Of a DNA stretch of 64,000 nt, positions 28,248 through 36,386 are shown piece by piece (within the stretch, counting starts at the first letter, position 1; every line of letters begins with the position of its first letter). Below the pieces are notes generated by a model. It was given only the letters and a program-made list of their open reading frames with translations, was not told the DNA's origin and searched no databases. Origin of the DNA: an uncultured Clostridia bacterium (GTDB taxonomy: Bacteria > Bacillota > Clostridia > Christensenellales > Borkfalkiaceae); the NCBI GenBank assembly GCA_964447305.1, contig CAYURN010000007.1, positions 15,423 through 79,422 of the forward strand. Direction: 5' to 3'. Both the position numbers and the translations under genes were made by a program.

Positions 28248-29108
28248 TCAGACTGACGCGACAGCCTGTTTTTTTGATTTGTTTTTTACCTTTGCGGCCT
28301 TGGGCTTGTGATGTTCGGTGACTTCGCCAAAGTAAGTGGCCGTGAGCATTGTGAGTACATACGTCTGAATTATCGCGTGCAACAGGGTAAAAAGCACGCC
28401 GACGATAACGGGGATACCTACGCTGAGGTAGATGACGTAATAGACAAGCTCAGTAACGAGCAAGCCCGAAAGCAGAGCGCCGAAAAGACGGAAGCTCATT
28501 GATATCGGCAGGGAAAATTCCTTGAGCGCCCTGCCAAGACCCCTGACGCCGTTGGTGGCGATGCCGCCGCCGAGGATGACGAAATAGGACATGAAGCCCA
28601 TGGCTATAGCCGCGTTGATATCCGAAAGGGGCGCAGGCATGCTTACCGACTGGCCGCCGGAGGACAGCTGTATGCCGAACAGTTCGAACAGAGTGCCTAT
28701 ACATATATAGCAACCGGCCGAAAATATGTAGCAGCCGAGAAAACTGTTGTGTTCCGGACTATTGCTCTTGGCCATATTATCGAAGAAGCCGACGAGCTGT
28801 TCAAGGAGCATCTGGAACTTGCCAGGGATCTCCTTAAAGCGGGGGATGGCGAATATGCGCACACATGCGGCGAATATGAGCAGAACAGCTGTGACTATAA
28901 AGCCCGATATGACCGCGGGATTGACTGACATTCCGAAAAGCTCAAACTTTTTTTCTTCGTGAAGGACTGCGTCGGTGAGTTCTTCGGACAAGTCGGACTT
29001 TTCGGGAGAGCCTATGAGTATGGCCGCGACAAGCAGAGCTACCAGCACCGCGACAAGGACGGCAATGACTATTATCTTTTTATTTACAGACTTTTTGACT
29101 TGCCTCAT
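28248..29108 (-). CDS. atpB: Fo ATP synthase a subunit
   Basis: Conserved Arg motif SMSFRLFGALLSG. Start set at ATG 29108 (MRQVKKS) after GAGGT; the ORF track extends to 29168. Confidence 0.85.
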   Translation of the reverse strand: MRQVKKSVNKKIIVIAVLVAVLVALLVAAILIGSPEKSDLSEELTDAVLHEEKKFELFGMSVNPAVISGFIVTAVLLIFAACVRIFAIPRFKEIPGKFQMLLEQLVGFFDNMAKSNSPEHNSFLGCYIFSAGCYICIGTLFELFGIQLSSGGQSVSMPAPLSDINAAIAMGFMSYFVILGGGIATNGVRGLGRALKEFSLPISMSFRLFGALLSGLLVTELVYYVIYLSVGIPVIVGVLFTLLHAIIQTYVLTMLTATYFGEVTEHHKPKAAKVKNKSKKQAVASV

Positions 29109-29288
29109 TTCAACCTCGAAAAAAAATAAAACGCCGACACATATCCTGTGCCGAGCGACGAATTTCATTGTGAAAGACTGCTAGCATTTTGCCGTACACG
29201 GAACAGTTCCGAGTGCGTCGACAAATCGCCGCTCCCGACATTTACGCGCGGATAAAATGCGCGTCTGCTCCCCTCTCATCTGTAATGT

Positions 29289-29317
29289 ATTATAATCAAA
29301 TTTCACCCGACTGTCAA
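29289..29317 (-). promoter_or_regulatory. consensus promoter TTGACA-17-TATAAT of the atp operon
   Basis: On the plus strand, TGTCAA at 29312-29317 and ATTATA at 29289-29294 with a 17-nt spacer. This gives a ~175-nt leader to atpB. Confidence 0.6.
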
Positions 29318-29390
29318 CTTATATCGAGCCGCATTAGTTAAAGTTTTTAGTAGAAAAATTTATCGAAAGGTTAAAAAATAGTTATATTTT

Positions 29391-29424
29391 CAACGGCAAT
29401 CCGCGGTAATGCGGATTGCCGTTG
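29391..29424 (-). terminator. hairpin after ileS
   Basis: 14-bp stem CAACGGCAATCCGC / GCGGATTGCCGTTG, 12 nt beyond the ileS stop. Confidence 0.65.
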
Positions 29425-29435
29425 AGGGTGTGTGA

Positions 29436-32400
29436 TTACAGTTTTTTTATTGTGATTACAACCTTTTCGCCGTTGATGGACTGCTCTTTTTTGAAGCCTT
29501 CGCCCTCGCCTTCTTCAATCGATTCGGCAAGGACGTCGGCGGCGAAAGCACCATTTTTGAGTACTTTCTGCGCCCTGCCGGCGGCGGTGAAGCAGACCTT
29601 GATTCTGTCCGTTACCTCAAAGCCCGCCTCCTTGCGCATGTTCTGGATTTTGGAGACAAGCTCGCGCTCTATGCCCTCGTCTATGAGTTCTTCTGTGAGC
29701 GCGGTATCGAGGGCGACGGTTATGCCCCTGTCCTGAGCGGCGACATAGCCTTCCGCCGATTGCGTAAAGATCTGCAAGTCCTCCTGCTTTAAATATACGC
29801 CGAGGCCGTCAATTTCGTAGACTCCGCCGTCCTTTACCGCGGCGACTACCTCCCCTGCATTGCAATCGTTCAGGAAAGCCGTTATCTGGCCGAGCTTTTT
29901 ACCGTATTTGGGGCCGAGAGTTTTGAGCTGGGGTTTCAGCTTGTAGCTGATATATTTTGTTGCGTCGTCGGCAACAGAAAACGTTTTGACGTTGAGTTCG
30001 TCCAGCACTATGCGCTCTTCATCGGGCGTGAGCGAGAATTTACGCGAAGTGACGACGACCATCTTTGCAAGGGGCTGACGGTTCTTTAAGTTGCCCGCGT
30101 TGCGAGCCGCCCTGCCGAGGACGACGATATCCATCACGCCGTCCATACCGTGTTCGAGCGTTTTATCTATATAACTTTCGTCCGCGGCGGGGAAAGAGCA
30201 GAGATGAACCGATTTGGGCGCGTCCTTGAAGAAATCGGGGACGAGATTTTTATACATCATCTCGGCAATGAAGGGCGTATAAGGCGCGGTCAGCTTTGCC
30301 AAAGTTACGAGAACGGTGTAGAGCGTTGTGTATGCCGCCGCCTTATCTTCCGTCATGTCGCTGCCCCAATAGCGTTCGCGGCCGCGGCGGACGTACCAAT
30401 TTGAAAGCACGTCCACAAAATCCTGCAGAGCGCGGGAAGATTCGGTGATTTCATATCTTGCAAGATGCTCGTCCACAAGTTTTACAAGCGAATTGAGTTT
30501 GGAGAGTATCCACTTGTCCATGAGCGAGAGCTTGCAATCCTTCAGGCAATATTCCGAAGGGTCGTATTTATCTATTTCGGCATAGAGAGTGAAGAAAGCG
30601 TAAGTGTTCCACAGCGTGCCTATATACTTGCGCTGAACTTCCGAAACGGCTTCTTCATAAAACCTTGAAGGCAGCCACGGTGCGGACGAAGTGTAGAAAT
30701 ACCACCTTACCGCATCCGCGCCCTGTTTGTCGAGGACGCTCCACGGGTCGACGACGTTGCCCTTGTGTTTGGACATTTTGACGCCGTTTTTATCGTTGAC
30801 GTGGCCCAGAACTATGCAGTTTTTGAAGGGCGCTTTGCCGAACAGAATGGTGTTTATTACGAGCAGGGTATAGAACCAGCCGCGCGTCTGGTCGACGGCT
30901 TCGGAGATGAAGTCGGCGGGGAAAGTCTGGTCGAACAGATCTTTATTTTCAAACGGGTAGTGATACTGCGCGAAGGGCATGGAACCCGAATCGAACCAGC
31001 AGTCGATAACTTCGGGTGTGCGCTTCATCTTTCCGCCGCAGGCGGGGCAGCTGCAAGTGAGGTCGTCGAGATAGGGACGGTGAAGTTCTATGTCCTTATC
31101 GGCGGGCAAGCCGCACTTTTCCTTAAGCTCTGCCTTGGAGCCGATAACTTCTATCTTTCCGCAATCGGGGCAGACCCAGACGGGCAGGGGCGTTCCCCAA
31201 TACCTGTCGCGCGAAAGACCCCAGTCGATCACGTTTTCAAGGAAGTTGCCCATTCTGCCCTCCCTGATAGTTTCGGGCATCCAATTTACCGAGCGGTTTG
31301 CGGCGATTATGTCGGACTTTACCTTTGTGACTTCTATAAACCATGACGAGCGGGCATAGTACAGAAGGGGCGTATCGCACCGCCAGCAATGGGGATAATC
31401 GTGTTCGAAGGGCAGAACTTTGAACATTTTGCCTTCGGTTTCCAATCTTTCGAGAAGGAACTTATCGGCTTTTTTGGCGAATATTCCGTCGAGCGAGGGG
31501 AAACGGCTGTCGAAACAGCCCTGTTCGTTGACGAGCTGAACGACGGGCAAGGAATAACGCTTGCCGACCTTATAGTCGTCCTCGCCGAAGGCGGGAGCAA
31601 TGTGGACTACGCCGGTGCCGTCGCCCATGGTGACGTAATTGTCGCACACGACAAAGTGTGCCTTTGCGGGCGCGGACGAAGGAGAAATGCGGGAGATTTC
31701 CGCCGTTGTTTCGGGGAAGAGAGGTTCGTATTCCAACCCCTCCCACTCGCTGCCTTTCTTTTCGGCGACGACGGAGTATTCTTCAAAGAAATTGGCGACG
31801 AGCGCCTTTGCAAGGATATATTCCGCGCCGTCGCTTTCGATCTGAACATAAGGTTCATCGGGATTCATGCAGAGCGCGACGTTGGAAGGAAGCGTCCACG
31901 GCGTGGTCGTCCACGCAAGGATATACAGGTTTTCCTTACCCTTGACCTTGAAACGGGCGACAGCCGAATTTTCCTTGACGGTTTTGTAGCCCTGAGCTAC
32001 TTCGTGCGAGGAGAGGGCCGTGCCGCAGCGGGGGCAATAGGGAACGATTTTGTGACCTTTATATAAAAGGCCCTTTTTGTGCATCTCTTTCAGCGCCCAC
32101 CACTCCGACTCGATATAGTTATCGTCGTAAGTTACATAGGGGTTGTCCATATCCACCCAATAGCCGACGCGGTCGGACATTTTTTCCCACTCCGACTTAT
32201 ACTTCCAGACCGACTGCTTGCACTGCTTGATAAACGGCTCTATGCCGTAGCCTTCTATCTGATGCTTGCCGTCTATGCCGAGAGATTTTTCGACTTCGAG
32301 TTCGACGGGCAGGCCGTGGGTATCCCAGCCGGCTTTTCTTAAAACGTGCTTGCCCTTCATGGTCTGATAGCGGGGAATGATGTCCTTCATTACCCTCGTC

Positions 32401-32579
32401 AATATATGGCCGATATGGGGCTTGCCGTTGGCCGTGGGGGGGCCGTCGTAGAACGAAAATTCCTCGCCGCCATCGTTTTTGGCGACGGACTTTTCAAAGA
32501 TATGGTTTTGTTTCCAGAACTCGCTGACCGATTTTTCGCGCTCAACGAAGTTTAAAGAAGTATCTACCTTTTCGTACAT
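29436..32579 (-). CDS. ileS: isoleucine--tRNA ligase
   Basis: 1047 aa with HIGH motif PTANGKPHIGH, KMSKS motif KMSKHKGN, the editing domain and a C-terminal Cys cluster. Confidence 0.95.
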   Translation of the reverse strand: MYEKVDTSLNFVEREKSVSEFWKQNHIFEKSVAKNDGGEEFSFYDGPPTANGKPHIGHILTRVMKDIIPRYQTMKGKHVLRKAGWDTHGLPVELEVEKSLGIDGKHQIEGYGIEPFIKQCKQSVWKYKSEWEKMSDRVGYWVDMDNPYVTYDDNYIESEWWALKEMHKKGLLYKGHKIVPYCPRCGTALSSHEVAQGYKTVKENSAVARFKVKGKENLYILAWTTTPWTLPSNVALCMNPDEPYVQIESDGAEYILAKALVANFFEEYSVVAEKKGSEWEGLEYEPLFPETTAEISRISPSSAPAKAHFVVCDNYVTMGDGTGVVHIAPAFGEDDYKVGKRYSLPVVQLVNEQGCFDSRFPSLDGIFAKKADKFLLERLETEGKMFKVLPFEHDYPHCWRCDTPLLYYARSSWFIEVTKVKSDIIAANRSVNWMPETIREGRMGNFLENVIDWGLSRDRYWGTPLPVWVCPDCGKIEVIGSKAELKEKCGLPADKDIELHRPYLDDLTCSCPACGGKMKRTPEVIDCWFDSGSMPFAQYHYPFENKDLFDQTFPADFISEAVDQTRGWFYTLLVINTILFGKAPFKNCIVLGHVNDKNGVKMSKHKGNVVDPWSVLDKQGADAVRWYFYTSSAPWLPSRFYEEAVSEVQRKYIGTLWNTYAFFTLYAEIDKYDPSEYCLKDCKLSLMDKWILSKLNSLVKLVDEHLARYEITESSRALQDFVDVLSNWYVRRGRERYWGSDMTEDKAAAYTTLYTVLVTLAKLTAPYTPFIAEMMYKNLVPDFFKDAPKSVHLCSFPAADESYIDKTLEHGMDGVMDIVVLGRAARNAGNLKNRQPLAKMVVVTSRKFSLTPDEERIVLDELNVKTFSVADDATKYISYKLKPQLKTLGPKYGKKLGQITAFLNDCNAGEVVAAVKDGGVYEIDGLGVYLKQEDLQIFTQSAEGYVAAQDRGITVALDTALTEELIDEGIERELVSKIQNMRKEAGFEVTDRIKVCFTAAGRAQKVLKNGAFAADVLAESIEEGEGEGFKKEQSINGEKVVITIKKL

Positions 32580-32604
32580 AAACTCACCTTATTATATAAA
32601 ATTA

Positions 32605-32835
32605 TATAAAAAAAGCACCATATAAGCGCCGTTTGGACACATTATATAAGTGCTTGTAAACCACCAAAACAAACTGACATTTGCCGCAATTTTGACGGGT
32701 TGCGAATCCGTGCGCCCTTACTTCTTGCGGTTGGGGGCACAGGCTGAAAGGTGATAGGCGCAAAGTTTTCCCGAACCGCTTTCACCAACCGCGGAACTCT
32801 CTGCAAGGAATTTTACGATGCGTCGCCGTCCTTTG
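32605..32835 (-). promoter_or_regulatory. T-box riboswitch leader, Ile specifier (AUC)
   Basis: On the minus strand: AGAGAG box, GGTGAAAG motif, and a specifier loop containing AUCA (ATC = 32753-32755). A T-box-like TTGGTGGTTTAC overlaps the 5' arm of the terminator AAGCAC...GTGCTT, which is followed by TTTTTT. It lies directly upstream of ileS. Confidence 0.8.
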
Positions 32836-32957
32836 TAAACGCCTTTGAAATTCAATTGTGCTTATATTATATTAAAGATTAAAAGAAAAGTAAAGCGTTT
32901 TGGGAGGCATAATTATGTATTGGCTGTTCTGCGCTTAAAAAAGCGGCGCAGGCACGA

Positions 32958-34139
32958 TCAAATGCCGAAGAGGTCGCCAGACTTTTCGCCGTTATGGACG
33001 CAGTTGATATGCAGACACATAGAGGTATTGCAAATTTTTGAGCGCTTTCCGTCCTTAATACAGAATATGCGCCTGCCGTTCGTGTAATAGACGGAGCCGT
33101 CCGGGGCGATATCGAACGCCGCGACGCCTGAGGCAAGCTCTTCACCGCGGGTGAGGTTGACGAGTTTCCAGCCTGAGGGGATTATGCCGTAATCGGAATC
33201 CTTTTTCTTTGCGTTCCGCTTTGCCTCCTTTTCAACGTCGATGAGGTTGCCTGCTATTTTTATTTTGCGCGAATCGTAGTTTCTGCCCTTGGCGGGGTTG
33301 GCGCCGGATGAGGTTATGCTCTTGCCCGCAAACACATTGACAAAAAGACTTATAAAGCCTGCTATCGCCTGCAAAATGCGGTAGGGAATGAGTACGATAT
33401 CGAGAAGCGCATTGCCCTTGTTTGCACTCTTTACAGGGGACTTGATGGCATAAAGTTCGCCACCGCGCACGACGGGGCGGAAATAGCTGAATTTTTGCGA
33501 AGATGCAACTTCTTCGAGCGACATGTTTGATAAATCGAGCTTATAGATGGCAGAGGGCGCGTACTCGACGAACTCGCCGTGCGCGTCCCTGCCGACGGCG
33601 CGCGACGAATAGTATATGACGGAGGAATTGTCGTCGCAGATGAAAGGATCCTCGTCGGCGGTGTCGCCTTCAGTGACGGTTTTGTAGTCGCCCGTAGCGC
33701 AGTTGAACAGAGCAATGTCCGAGTTGTAATAGCTCCGCGCAACCGACGCGGCCAGCTCGCCCGAAGCCGCATTGTAACTGCCGCACCCGAAGGAAAGTTC
33801 GACCGAATTTATTATGTGCGATTCGGGCAGTTTGTCGTCGCAAGCGGACAGCCTGTATATGCCTGAGGAATTATCTATCTTAAAGGAATAGATGACCTCG
33901 CCGCCGCCCGCGGGATATGCGCCCGTGATCTGACCATCAAAGGTGAGCGCCGAGGGGTCATGATAGCTTTCGCGAAAGACCGCGCCCGAACCTGAAGTTT
34001 TCCATGCCTTGGAGCGGGCTATCCCCTCCGCATTGGTCTTATAATTTGTAATAAACGCGCTCCTGAGCGTGCGCACGCTCTGCCCGTCCCAGACGCCGAT
34101 TTCCTCGCCGTCGGCAAAAGTAAAAATAATGTCTTTCAT
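32958..34139 (-). CDS. hypothetical protein (393 aa), beta-rich with one internal hydrophobic helix
   Basis: Long ORF with repetitive beta-strand-like segments (IYSFKIDNSSGIY, VIYYSSRAVG, SVYYTNGRRIF) suggesting a TolB/propeller-like fold. A TM-like stretch ILQAIAGFISLFVNVF is present. No family recognised. Confidence 0.5.
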   Translation of the reverse strand: MKDIIFTFADGEEIGVWDGQSVRTLRSAFITNYKTNAEGIARSKAWKTSGSGAVFRESYHDPSALTFDGQITGAYPAGGGEVIYSFKIDNSSGIYRLSACDDKLPESHIINSVELSFGCGSYNAASGELAASVARSYYNSDIALFNCATGDYKTVTEGDTADEDPFICDDNSSVIYYSSRAVGRDAHGEFVEYAPSAIYKLDLSNMSLEEVASSQKFSYFRPVVRGGELYAIKSPVKSANKGNALLDIVLIPYRILQAIAGFISLFVNVFAGKSITSSGANPAKGRNYDSRKIKIAGNLIDVEKEAKRNAKKKDSDYGIIPSGWKLVNLTRGEELASGVAAFDIAPDGSVYYTNGRRIFCIKDGKRSKICNTSMCLHINCVHNGEKSGDLFGI

Positions 34140-34190
34140 AATATACTCTCTGAAAATTGCAAAACTAATATAAACAAAGTAAGAAAAATC

Positions 34191-35252
34191 TTACTTTAAA
34201 GGAATTTGTGCCGTGGCATTGAGCGACATGGCAGCAAAGTCGCCCATAAGATATTTATTCAGACCCTCCGCCGCTATCATGGCGGCGTTATCCGTACAGT
34301 ACTTCACCTGCGGCAGGACGAGCTTAAGCCCCGCCCTTTTGCACCCGGCGGTAAGCCTTTGGCGCAGATAGTCGTTGGCAATCACTCCCCCGCCCGCCGT
34401 GACAGTATCCACTCCCTTTTCGAGGGCGAACCTGACGGTATTTTCCACAAGGGGATCGATTGCCGCCCTTTGGAACGAGGCCGCAACGTCGGCCGCGGGG
34501 ACGGGCCGGCCTTTTTGGGTCAGGTTGTGGCAGTAGTTTATGACCGCCGTCTTTAAACCGCTGTATGAAAAAGCGGGAGTCTGGCTGTGCCTGACCTGAG
34601 CCGACGGAAAGGCAATCGAGGGACTGCCGCCGACAGCGGCGCGCTGAATGTTCGGCCCGCCGGGATAGGGCAGACCGAGAACGCGGGCGCATTTATCGAA
34701 CGCTTCGCCCGCGGCGTCGTCAAGAGTCCTTGCGAGCACTTCAAAGTCAGAAAAGCTTTTGGTGTGCAGTATGGCGGTGTGGCCGCCGCTGGCAAGCAGC
34801 GTTATGAACGGGGGTCTGAGCGAAGGCTCATCAAGGTAGGCCGCGGCGAGGTGGCCGCGGATGTGATTGACGGCGATAAGGGGAATGTTCAAGGAATATG
34901 CCAGACCCTTTGCAAAGGACAGCCCGACGAGGAGGGCGCCCAACAGCCCCGCGCCATAGGTGACGGCGACGGCGTCGAGATCCTTGACGCTGACGCCCGC
35001 CTCCCTGAGGGCGCGCTCCGCTACCTCGTCCACGGCCTCGGTATGGGCGCGGGAGGCGATTTCCGGCACTACCCCGCCGTACTTTGCCTGTTCCGACGCG
35101 GAAGAAATTATACAGTTGGACAGAAGTTTTCTGCCCTGTATGACGGCACAGGCAGTTTCGTCGCAACTGCTTTCCAGCCCCAAAATTATTGGATTGTCTT
35201 TAATTTTATAATCTGAAATATCGTACATATAAATAAAGTACCGCGACGGCAA
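34191..35252 (-). CDS. tsaD: tRNA N6-adenosine threonylcarbamoyltransferase TsaD
   Basis: ILGLESSCDETA N-terminal motif and the Kae1/Gcp core (HIRGHL, GGVIAN). The start is uncertain: TTG at 35252 or ATG at 35228. Confidence 0.9.
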   Translation of the reverse strand: MPSRYFIYMYDISDYKIKDNPIILGLESSCDETACAVIQGRKLLSNCIISSASEQAKYGGVVPEIASRAHTEAVDEVAERALREAGVSVKDLDAVAVTYGAGLLGALLVGLSFAKGLAYSLNIPLIAVNHIRGHLAAAYLDEPSLRPPFITLLASGGHTAILHTKSFSDFEVLARTLDDAAGEAFDKCARVLGLPYPGGPNIQRAAVGGSPSIAFPSAQVRHSQTPAFSYSGLKTAVINYCHNLTQKGRPVPAADVAASFQRAAIDPLVENTVRFALEKGVDTVTAGGGVIANDYLRQRLTAGCKRAGLKLVLPQVKYCTDNAAMIAAEGLNKYLMGDFAAMSLNATAQIPLK

Positions 35253-35283
35253 CTACCGCCGCGGCAATTTGCCTGCTGAAAAA

Positions 35284-36384
35284 TTAAACTGTCTTTTTGA
35301 GGTAATCTATGATAAACGCCTGAATATCGCCGTCCATGACCGCCTGAATGTTAGTATTTTCGTAACCCGTGCGGTGATCCTTTACGAGCGTATAGGGACA
35401 GAACACATACGAGCGTATCTGGCTGCCCCACTCTATCTTTTTGATTTCGCCCTTGAGTTCGGCGTCGGCCGCCTCCCTTTCGGCAATCTGGCGTTCGAGC
35501 AACTTCGCGCGCAGATATTTGAACGCCATCTCCTTGTTCTGGAGCTGGCTGCGCTCGTTCTGACAGGTGACGACTATGCCCGTAGGGAAGTGGGTGATTC
35601 TTATGGCAGTTTCGGTCTTGTTGACCTTCTGGCCGCCTGCGCCCGACGAGCGGTAGACGTCTATGCGGATGTCCTCATCGCGTATGACGACTTCGGCTTC
35701 GTCGTCGACTTCGGGCATGACCTCGGCCGAGGCGAACGAAGTATGGCGACGCTTGTTGGAATCAAACGGGGATATTCGGACCAGACGGTGAACGCCCTTT
35801 TCGGCCTTTAAAAAGCCATAGACATTTTCGCCTTCGACTTTGAACGAAACGGACTTTATGCCCGCTTCGTCGCCGTTTTCGAGGTCGAGTTCGGTGACCT
35901 TGAAGCCCTGCTTTTCGCAATAGCGGCAGTACATGCGGTACAGCATCTGGGTCCAGTCGCAGGCCTCGGTGCCGCCTGCGCCTGCGTGCAGGCTCATGAT
36001 GGCGTTATTTGCGTCATACTTGCCCTTCAACAGGGCGCGGATACGCATGTTTTCAATGTCGTCTTCGGCGGCTTTTATCATGCCTTCAAGTTCGGGAATA
36101 AGGCTTTCGTCATCGGCTTCCTCAATGAGGTCGACAAACGTCTTTGCCTCGGCAATGGCATTTTCGCCCTTTTCGTAGGCGGCCATCTTGCCCTCTATGG
36201 AGGAAATTTCGCGGCCGATTTTTGTAGATTTTTCAAGGTCGCCCCAGACTTCGGGTTTTTCCTGTTCGGCCCTGAGTTCCGTGAGTTTGCCGCCGAGGTT
36301 TTCGATATCGAGGGCATACCCTGCTTCATTTAATGTATCAGTAAGCGATTTGAGCCTTAGCCTGTAATCATCTGCTTTAAACAT
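35284..36384 (-). CDS. prfB: peptide chain release factor 2
   Basis: SPF tripeptide (RISPFDSNKRRHTSF) and GGQ motif (SGAGGQKVNKTE). It forms a single uninterrupted ORF 3 nt after secA. Confidence 0.9.
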   Translation of the reverse strand: MFKADDYRLRLKSLTDTLNEAGYALDIENLGGKLTELRAEQEKPEVWGDLEKSTKIGREISSIEGKMAAYEKGENAIAEAKTFVDLIEEADDESLIPELEGMIKAAEDDIENMRIRALLKGKYDANNAIMSLHAGAGGTEACDWTQMLYRMYCRYCEKQGFKVTELDLENGDEAGIKSVSFKVEGENVYGFLKAEKGVHRLVRISPFDSNKRRHTSFASAEVMPEVDDEAEVVIRDEDIRIDVYRSSGAGGQKVNKTETAIRITHFPTGIVVTCQNERSQLQNKEMAFKYLRAKLLERQIAEREAADAELKGEIKKIEWGSQIRSYVFCPYTLVKDHRTGYENTNIQAVMDGDIQAFIIDYLKKTV

Positions 36385-36386
36385 TA

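Noticed and set aside
29109-29288. AtpI/AtpZ-type gene or a longer atpB start in the atp leader
   Set aside because: The only extra coding option is 20 extra codons (MKFVARHRICVGVLFFFEVE) with no RBS. The internal ATG at 29108 has a GAGGT RBS, and no separate ORF of AtpI size exists.
35284-36384. Programmed +1 frameshift in prfB
   Set aside because: RF2 here is one uninterrupted ORF starting 3 nt after secA with a complete N-terminus. No CTT-TGA-C shift site or split reading frame is present.
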